Part shown: piece after piece, positions 55,211 to 64,000 of the stretch
Layout: every line of letters starts with the position of its first letter
Numbering within the stretch: the first letter of the stretch is position 1
Assembly: GCF_001194135.2 (NCBI RefSeq)
Contig: NC_068999.1
Coordinates: 15,581,435-15,645,434 of the forward strand
Length of the DNA stretch: 64,000 bases
Direction of reading: 5' to 3'
Origin: Octopus bimaculoides
Taxonomy: Eukaryota
Translations under genes and position numbers: made by a program
The notes under the pieces: generated by a model
Databases searched by the model: none
Told to the model about the DNA's origin: nothing
Seen by the model: only the letters and a program-made list of their open reading frames with translations

Positions 55211-55433
55211 GGCGGCGAGCTGGCAGAATCATTAGCACGCTGGGCAAAAAGCTTAGCGGCATTTGATCCTTCCTTACGTTCTGAGTTCAAATTCTGCTGA
55301 TGTCGATTTTTGCCATTTATCCTTCCGGGGTTGAAAAATAAGTAGCAGTTGAGCACTGGTGTCGATGGAATTGACTTACACCCTTCCCTGCCATTGCCGG
55401 TCTTATACGAAAATACCAAAATTTGAAACCATT
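55211..55433 (+). mobile_element. SINE family B, full length
   Basis: ggcggcgagctggcagaatcattagcacgctgggcaaaaagcttagcggc, B-box-like gttctgagttcaaattc, gagcactggtgtcgat, and end aaaatttgaaaccatt. Confidence 0.9.
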
Positions 55434-56924
55434 ACTACGTTGTTCTTGCTGTTTAAACCTTGGACAGTCCAGTGGTGCTGACCTATTCAAATAATTCAAG
55501 TCATAAGACTGTATACTTTCTAAGTTAATATCTAAACAGGAATTATACAATGTCTGCTTTCCTTTCCCAATATCAGGAAATTTGACTGATTTTTGTAACT
55601 GGTCGAGCAACTAATAAAGCTACTGTGGAAGTGAATTGTAGCAAAAATAAAAAAAATCCGAATGTACTCGTAATAGCTTTTGATTATGTTAATATGTTAT
55701 TTCGAATTTAATATCTTCTTTGACTTTTGGAATTAATATATGAAGTTAGATGAAATGAGATTGCATCGGAGTATTCTTAACTTCTACTTAGCATTTTACG
55801 ATTTCTATTGGAATATAAGCAGCAATACCGATTTCTCATGACTGTATATAATCGCTTCTCAAAGTATTAAACACACGCTTCGTCAGTGAATACTGGAATT
55901 AAATTTCTAATAACAAGATTGTTTACAAAAGCTTTAAATATNNNNNNNNNNNNNNNNNNNNNNNNNNNNNNNNNNNNNNNNNNNNNNNNNNNNNNNNNNN
56001 NNNNNNNNNNNNNNNNNNNNNNNNNNNNNNNNNNNNNNNNNNNNNNNNNNNNNNNNNNNNNNNNNNNNNNNNNNNNNNNNNNNNNNNNNNNNNNNNNNNN
56101 NNNNNNNNNNNNNNNNNNNNNNNNNNNNNNNNNNNNNNNNNNNNNNNNNNNNNNNNNNNNNNNNNNNNNNNNNNNNNNNNNNNNNNNNNNNNNNNNNNNN
56201 NNNNNNNNNNNNNNNNNNNNNNNNNNNNNNNNNNNNNNNNNNNNNNNNNNNNNNNNNNNNNNNNNNNNNNNNNNNNNNNNNNNNNNNNNNNNNNNNNNNN
56301 NNNNNNNNNNNNNNNNNNNNNNNNNNNNNNNNNNNNNNNNNNNNNNNNNNNNNNNNNNNNNNNNNNNNNNNNNNNNNNNNNNNNNNNNNNNNNNNNNNNN
56401 NNNNNNNNNNNNNNNNNNNNNNNNNNNNNNNNNNNNNNNNNNNNNNNNNNNNNNNNNNNNNNNNNNNNNNNNNNNNNNNNNNNNNNNNNNNNNNNNNNNN
56501 NNNNNNNNNNNNNNNNNNNNNNNNNNNNNNNNNNNNNNNNNNNNNNNNNNNNNNNNNNNNNNNNNNNNNNNNNNNNNNNNNNNNNNNNNNNNNNNNNNNN
56601 NNNNNNNNNNNNNNNNNNNNNNNNNNNNNNNNNNNNNNNNNNNNNNNNNNNNNNNNNNNNNNNNNNNNNNNNNNNNNNNNNNNNNNNNNNNNNNNNNNNN
56701 NNNNNNNNNNNNNNNNNNNNNNNNNNNNNNNNNNNNNNNNNNNNNNNNNNNNNNNNNNNNNNNNNNNNNNNNNNNNNNNNNNNNNNNNNNNNNNNNNNNN
56801 NNNNNNNNNNNNNNNNNNNNNNNNNNNNNNNNNNNNNNNNNNNNNNNNNNNNNNNNNNNNNNNNNNNNNNNNNNNNNNNNNNNNNNNNNNNNNNNNNNNN
56901 NNNNNNNNNNNNNNNNNNNNNNNN

Positions 56925-56976
<52 letters not shown>

Positions 56977-57106
56977 AGATATACATATATAAACTATGCG
57001 TCGCTGACTGTATATAGAGAAGGATGAAATGCATAATATATCTTCAAATTGTATCGTTTCTGAAGTGTCTAGAAATGGTGTATATATGGCATAGCAAGTC
57101 TTCAAT

Positions 57107-57314
57107 GCCGAGGTGAGCTGGTAGAATCATTATCATATCGGACACAATGCTTAATATAGTTTCGCCTGACGTTACGTTCTGAGTTTAAATTCCGCCAATG
57201 CCGACCTTGTCTTTCATTTTTTCGGGTTTATAAAATAATTGCCCGTTGAGCAATGGGTTAGTATAATCGACTTTATGCCCTGCCCCTACCTTATTTCAAA
57301 ATTTTGAAACCAAT
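57107..57314 (+). mobile_element. SINE family B
   Basis: ggtgagctggtagaatcatt...acgttctgagtttaaattccgcc...tttgaaaccaat. Confidence 0.8.
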
Positions 57315-57628
57315 ATATTCTTTATCATACAGTAGGATGTTCTGTACATTGAGAATTATTTATCTTTTATCCTTAAGTGAAGGGTTAAGCAACCATAAAT
57401 ATGGAACAAAACTGAAGTAATCTACAGTATTATTCTCCAATGATATGACTGCGTTGTGAAAGCTTTAACATATTTTAATGCATTATACTATATTCAAGTA
57501 ATTTACGTAAGTCATATTAAGATTTTTATCATCCTGTTTCCAGTGTAATACATTAAGTCTTCGAATGTGTTCCATAGTTAAAACGTTACCCAATGTACTG
57601 TATTAGAATGATATGTTATGTATAATAA

Positions 57629-58053
57629 GGCGGTGAGCTGGCAGAAACGTTAGCACGCTGGGCGAAATACTTCGCGATATTTCGTCTGTCTTCAGGTTCT
57701 GAGTTGAAATTCCTCCGATGTCGACTTTGCCTTTGATCCATTCGGGTTCGATAAATTAAGTACCAGTTACGCACTGGGGTCGATCTAATCGACTTAATTC
57801 CTTTATCTGTCTTTGTATATCCCCTCTATGTTTAACCCCTTGTGAGCAATAAAAAAATAAGAAACGTTAGCACGCGGGCCGAAATACTTAGCGGTATTTC
57901 GTCTGTTTTCACGTTCTGAGTTGAAAGTTCGACTTTGCTTTTCATTCTTTCGGGGTCGATAAATTATGTACCAGTTGCGTACTGGTGTCGATCTAATCGA
58001 CTGCCCCCACCTTCCCAGAAATTTCGGGCCTTGCGTCTAGAGTAGAAATGAAT
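57629..58053 (+). mobile_element. Dimeric SINE family B (tRNA-derived)
   Basis: Monomer 1 is ggcggtgagctggcagaaacgttagcacgctgggcgaaat...gttctgagttgaaattcc...aagtaccagttacgcactggggtcgat. After an A-rich linker, monomer 2 restarts at 57861 with gaaacgttagcacg. Confidence 0.9.
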
Positions 58054-58153
58054 ATTTTATGTATAATAGATCTAACTGTATAGAGTAGATTATCGATTTT
58101 GATCCGCAGTTTATAAAGTCAATTAAGAAAATTAAGAAAATTACAAATGTGTT

Positions 58154-58302
58154 AACGTTCTGAGCTCAAATTGTGCCGATGCTGACTTTACCATTCATCC
58201 TTTCGGAATTGATAAAATCAGTACTGTTGAAAAGTAGTGTCCATGTAGTCGATTTATCCCCTCCCTTATATTACTGGTTTTGAGACAAAATTTGAAATCA
58301 GT
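58154..58302 (+). mobile_element. SINE family B, 5'-truncated
   Basis: acgttctgagctcaaattgtgccgatgctgactttaccattcatcctttc...aaaatttgaaatcagt. Confidence 0.75.
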
Positions 58303-59384
58303 ATTATAGATGTTGTGTGCATAATAAACTGTCTTTGATTCCATTCTCAATTTAAAGATTTATTACTATAGAAACTAGAAGATAGATTTTGTAGTCAGCA
58401 TTCTTTTAACGCATAGAGGAAAAATAGCTGCAAATGTTATTTCATTTGTATATTTCTTATAAAGATTATTGTCCCACGCCGTCGTTCAGTACTAGTTTCA
58501 GGCAACCACGTTTCATTAAGATGCCATTAGTGAACCCATAACTAGAGTAGAAAACACTTTACCTTGGCAATTTGCAGTACAATTGAACCTGGAATTTCAT
58601 GGAACCACGTTCCTGTTCCATTATATTATAAATTGCATTTTCATGGGGAAGTTTATATCAAGGCACCACAAAGTGTAGTAAAACGTAATTTTCTTTTCCC
58701 TAATGTAGATAGCATTTACGTTTATATAAATCAACTTTTTTATGGAAGAACTCGCATTTTGTTTACTATACAACATAAATTTAATTCATCATATGTTATA
58801 GTCACCATTTTAAGATTTTCAAATAAACTAATGTTCGGTTTTCCCATCTTGAAAATTGAATCTTCTGTCAATAAAACTTTGGTTGTATATTAGAGCAACT
58901 GTTTAATTTATATATATTTTTTTCCCTTGGATTGTACGGTTAGAGTTTATTTTTTAGTGTTATTTTATTTCTATTTTTCGAATATGAGAGAACCTCACAA
59001 AACTAAATAGAATTCCTGCAAAGGCTAGGTTAAGCATAATTCTTTCTTCTCTTATTTTGTTCTTGTTTAAATGTTTATAACGGTCTAGATCTATAATTAA
59101 TATCCTAACTATTCAAATAACAACGACTACATGGCACATTAGATGAGAAATGAATCATAGAACTCGAATTTGGCACCAATGTGCGCTCAGGCAAATTTCT
59201 AGCAATCTAGCTTCCAGCCTCACAACCGTGTTCCTTTGATTCAATTTCTCTTTAGCACGTTGCTATACATACGATTATGTTATTCACGCATTTTATTCAT
59301 TTCCTTCAGGCCATGTTTAACAATATTGCAATTATTACTACTATTAGTTTTACACTTAAATTGTTAGTCTTAGTTCTTCGTTTT

Positions 59385-59395
59385 CATCATCATCA

Positions 59396-59450
<55 letters not shown>

Positions 59451-59460
59451 CACCACTATT
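59385..59460 (+). repeat. Compound trinucleotide microsatellite (CAT)n(TAT)n
   Basis: catcatcatcatcattattattatt...; it explains the poly-His/poly-Tyr ORF 59277..59486. Confidence 0.95.
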
Positions 59461-61144
59461 ACCTCAACCACTACTACATCTTATGAAATTTAGTGAATAT
59501 CTCATTTCAGTTTCATTTTTGGATACATTATTTTTTTATTAACATTTTGAATCTAATTGTCACTTGTATTGAATTCAAAACAAATAGCTCGAGGCATGCA
59601 TGATTTCTGCCTGCTATCAACTGCATTGCAAGACAGAACAGTGATCACATGTTTAAGCAGATACTATTCATTTCTCAATAAGCAGATACGATAGATTTGT
59701 TCACGCTTTGATGAAATATTCAGGATTTTATGCATTAAAGTTTTTTTAATTTATTTTTGGAGGTGTTGGGGCTGGTTGACATTTTGCTGTATTTATTATC
59801 TTATTATCGTTGTTATTGTATTACTTTACAGTTTTTAGTTAGTATTTATTACTATTACTCTTTTTTTCATTAAATCATAAATAATTTTGAAATTATATGA
59901 TATCACGAGATTCCACAAATGGATTTGAAAATAGCATCAACAACAACAACTGCATCAATGTTTTCTATAAATATTATTAATATCATCATTTTTATTAATA
60001 TTAGTAGTATGAGATTTGGGGATCGCCGATTCTATAGAGTGCTGATGAAAATATTGGCGGGATAAAGTTACATCTGTTTGTTTTTGAGTTCGAAATCTTA
60101 CGAAGCTGACATTTACTCTACATAACCACTCAGCTTCTGAGTATATGCATAAGATTGGCGTTATGCACTCCCTAGAAAAAGATTGTCTTGCATTTATGTT
60201 CTCAATAATGATTATAATTATTGGTATCATTTTATTAATTACACTTTGGTAAACAAAAGAGAAAATATTTTTCTTACATAGGTTCAGAACCTGAAATTTG
60301 GTGGAGAGTATTAGCACACACAATGTACAGGAGTGTCACTATTAAATACCTCAGACTAAGTTTTATTTTTTTCATTCTTCCAAGATGGAGGAAATGCTGT
60401 ATCTGTCAGCTACTGGAGTTGGTATACTCACACAACACAATTTCTAGCCTTTCTAAATGTGTAAAAAATCATTAGTTTTTCACTTTATTATACATTTATC
60501 TTTTTCTTATGGATTCTTCATCAGGTGGAACCGTGCTATTTCGGCTTTCGTAGTAAGCCATATTTTTTTTTTAAGAATTTCCAAAAAAGTTTGATAATTT
60601 TATGTTCTTAATATCTGTGTTAAAAAGTAGTGTGATGTTATTCATTGAAATCTCAAAACATTTTTCTATTAAAATGAAATTACATTGAAGATTTTTACTT
60701 CCTTTTGGTTCAGCGTCGACAGTATTGAATGTTTAAGTTTTTTTAATATTTTTGCATGTTTGGATTAATATTTTATGATACATTGAATTAATGTTTTAAT
60801 ATTTTCACATGCATAACTATTTTACAAAGCAATCAATTTTATTAAATGACTTAAAAAAAAAAAAACTTTTATTACAAATTCTATTTGAACATTTGTCCTT
60901 GATTCATAACGGCGTTGAGTGAACTGAATATCGTGTATACTTCCCCCAGTAAATTGTAAAAACAACAAAAACTAAATATATTTTTCAACGATTGCAAAGT
61001 AAAAGAAACTAAAAGGAAAACACAACTAGCTTGCTTTGCCGCCATACATACTCTTTTTAAACCCTAGAAAACATACTTTAAGAAAAAGAATACTTGAAGT
61101 GGTTATGAATGTTTGCTAAACTTTAACAGCAAAAATTTGGTTTT

Positions 61145-61347
61145 CAAATATTCGCACAAGGATAGGAATTTCAAGGTAGTGGATAAATCGATTATCTCGC
61201 CCCCACTGTTCGACTGGTTGGTACTTATTAACCCGAATGGGTAAAATGTAAAGTCGATCTAGGCAGAATTTGAACTCAAAACACAGACTGACGAAATACT
61301 GCTAAGCATTTTGCCCGGCGTGCTAAAGATTCTGCCAGTTCGCCGCC
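61145..61347 (-). mobile_element. SINE family B
   Basis: The reverse complement starts ggcggcgaactggcagaatctttagcacgccgggcaaaatgcttagcagtatttcgtc. Confidence 0.85.
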
Positions 61348-62928
61348 TTTTTTACTAACAAAAATATAGAAGCCTATACACAAACATAGCAGTCACTGTG
61401 CGATGGAGGTACTGCTTCCGGTTTTGTCAGTTTTGTCAGAACTACCTTGAACATTCGGTCACTGAATAAGGGAGAGGACACAAATGAACATCGAATAGTG
61501 AAAATGTTCTTTCATAAAGACCTCATTTTGGTACAAAAAATTACTTCAGGAGCAAGAAAAGCGAAGTGGACTAATTTACATTTTTCTCATGTTAAGTGAC
61601 GAAATTTTTTCAGTATACGCAAAACAATTTTTTTATGAAATCCATAGCAGATATCTAAGCTAGCGGTGCTCATTCAAAATACTGTAACCTAGTAAAAGGG
61701 GGCTGAGAAATAAAAACATATAACAGCCTGGGGGAGGGGTGATTGTGACACGATCTCACCATTGCTTTCATAATATAAACAATACGGAGAAGTGTTACGC
61801 ATTCAAGTATTTAGAAAAGTGGAATGATTGAGAGGAGTGACAAGGGTGAGTAAATCTGTACGAGAAAGCTTAGTTGCTAAATTTGAAGCGACAAAAGTCT
61901 GCAAAATCCTATATTCCGAGGAGACCCAAAAGCAATGAGATAGAGAGAGAGAGAGCGGCGAGGTTAGAGGCAGAAAGGAACCGATAGAGAAGACAGAAAA
62001 CCAGCAAAGATCTCCATGCTTACAAGTATTAATTCCATTGCCTTATGATAAACAGCAAAATATGGAAGAGTACAAGAAGGGTAAACAGCTGGAAAAGAAA
62101 GGCAATAAGAAGCGGGGAAAAGGTCCTCCAGAATTAAAAAAAATATGAACTGGAAACCAAAGTTGTAGCCCAAGTAAACTGGCTCGTCTGGAACATTGCT
62201 TCTCGTAGAAAATGGAAAATTAAACGATGAACTAAGCGTATTACTGAAAAATTGAGTTAAAAGAATAAAAAAAAAATAACGAAGGTTGCTTCAAATCTGT
62301 GAATAAATGGGAATCATCATATGCAAAGTTTATCACAGAGATGTTACATGTCAGAATAAGTTACCAGGTATACGACCTACTTTATTTGAATAACAGTCAA
62401 CACGAAACTTGATCTGCTCACAGAACCCTTTATAGCTACAGATTTTCGATGCCGTAGTAGAGCGTGTGATAACAGTGAAGTGTATCTGTGTCAATGATTG
62501 TTAAAACCCGATCTATGTTTCCATATTATTAATGAAATATTCTTATAACTTTTATAAGATTTTTATAAAATTGTCTATGAGGGTTAACCAAATTTTTAGC
62601 TAGTTTTCTCTATAAACTGTGGTTTAATCTCTCGTCTTCCAATAAAGTTTTGTTCATTCCCTCCCAAGTGTAATCTTCTTTTTGTTTATAGCATATAAAT
62701 ACAGTGTTGATTAGTAGAATCACTAAAACATGGACGTAAATGCCACGTGACATTTCAACGCGGGTATAAACGTTACTAGGGCAAATTTGTGGGGCTTTGC
62801 TTAGAATTTCGCCCTTCCAGTGTCAATAAATGAAATAATCAAGTAATAGACGTAATGTACTCTGCAGTTTCTTAATTTGAGGCATAGTGTCTATGATAAA
62901 AAGGGTTGTTATTATTTTAATCACGGAA

Positions 62929-63137
62929 GGTGGCGAGGTGATACAATCGTAAGCAGGCTGGCCAAAACACTTAGCAGTACTTCATCCGACGTTCTGAGTT
63001 CAAATGCTGTAAAGGTCGACCTTGACTTGCATAATTTCTTATCGATAAAATAAGTACCAGTTAGATATTGGAGTCGATATAATCGGCTTAAACTTTCCCC
63101 CGAAATTGCTGGCTTTGTGCTAAAATTTAGAATCATT
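62929..63137 (+). mobile_element. SINE family B
   Basis: ggtggcgaggtgatacaatcgtaagcagg...acgttctgagttcaaatg...ataaaataagtaccagtt...ccccgaaattgctggc. Confidence 0.8.
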
Positions 63138-63900
63138 AATTTCATAATGAAAAGCAGCGGAATAGAAGAAATATTATGTTCGATTAAAATCTCAGATTAT
63201 TTGTTTTGGATTCTCGTTTTCTGGTTTCAGATCTTACCTATGACTATCTACCACTAGGTAGGTTTTGAGTTCGAAATCACTCTCACGCCTTTCGTATTCG
63301 TAATTTCACAAATCGAAAATACAATTATTTTATGTCACTATAAGCTATTATAGCTTTCTGTCTTAAGTACTCGTTATAAACCCTTATTATTCGTATAATG
63401 GATGCCGGAAGATATATGGAAAAAAAAAACAATTAAAAGATATATGAATATATATTATATACAATTTTATTAAGATTAATACCAGAAATATAAAAAACTG
63501 CATCGTAAAAAATCCAGGACATGCAAAACAAACGTAAGTAATTTTCAAGATATATTATGAATTTCTGTCAGTTTTATAGTATCAACAAATATACCTACTT
63601 GATTCAGATAAGGCAAAGAATTAACTTAATTTCTAAAGTGGTGAGGGGAACAGACATCTAATTTTTGTCCCAATTGTGCTGGTGTTAAAGGATAGAGATA
63701 ACCCTATCTGTATGATATTAGAGCTTATAGCAAATCATTCCCATATTTTATTGTTTCTGTCTTCCAGCCACTTGAATGTTTCAATTACATTCGCCGATAC
63801 TACAGACAGTTCCAGCATGATCCATAGGCGCATACACGTATGAATTGGTATTAACATTCCATATATATATATATATATATACAAATATATATATATATAT

Positions 63901-64000
63901 ACATATATGTATATATATACATATATGTATATATATACATATATGTATATATATACATATATGTATATATATACATATATGTATATATATACATATATGT
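63901..64000. repeat. 18-bp minisatellite (acatatatgtatatatat)n, about 5.6 copies, running off the window
   Basis: Directly visible period-18 repeat. Confidence 0.95.

Larger units (their letters stand above)
2074..56924. other. Seventeen assembly gaps (N runs, about 7.8 kb in total) scattered over this span
   Basis: N runs start at 2074, 3810, 5318, 8549, 14589, 18002, 22309, 23971, 27633, 29509, 32545, 36167, 41589, 44377, 53313, 54632 and 55942. Most abut (TA)n, (CA)n or (CT)n. Confidence 1.

Noticed and set aside
55211-55300. tRNA-like A/B-box sequence as a tRNA gene
   Set aside because: There is no complete cloverleaf, and it continues into SINE body sequence repeated across the window.
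1956-57105. Numerous long ORFs of 100-400 aa in the supplied track
   Set aside because: They are open only because they run through N gaps and (TA)/(CA)/(CT) repeats (XXXX, IYIY, THTH, ERER). They have no coding signal.
59277-59486. ORF with poly-His/poly-Tyr
   Set aside because: This is a translation of a (CAT)n(TAT)n microsatellite.
60505-60565. Minus strand has GGCT..AGCC-GAAA and a nearby CTGATGAAG
   Set aside because: The elements are in an order and pairing that cannot be assembled into any hammerhead topology.
1-64000. CRISPR arrays, rRNA genes or prokaryotic operons
   Set aside because: None is seen. The spaced repeats are SINEs and microsatellites in a eukaryotic intron-like context.

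Overview
AT-rich, microsatellite-dense eukaryotic genomic DNA with 17 N-gaps (about 7.8 kb), nearly all flanked by simple repeats. The SINE families and repeat landscape suggest an octopod cephalopod short-read assembly (inference, not a database result). Only one host coding exon is supportable: a 787-nt minus-strand exon (19901-20687) with clean AG/GT splice sites. It encodes the C-terminal half of a neuroligin-type cholinesterase-fold ectodomain (LFQRAILQSGS ... GDELPYIFGAPL ... YWTNFAKSG). The rest is probably giant introns of that gene. They contain a near full-length decayed mariner with TIRs and TA duplication, a second mariner fragment, RTE-type LINE pieces, a Penelope-like remnant, and many copies of two tRNA-derived SINE families. 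Best leads: (1) a 36-nt minimal hammerhead-ribozyme-like motif with a non-canonical core in the Penelope terminal repeat; (2) Gly at the position of the catalytic-triad His in the neuroligin exon; (3) a multi-stem structured element at the 5' end of a probable RTE 5' UTR. Almost all long ORFs in the supplied track are artefacts of N-gaps and dinucleotide repeats.
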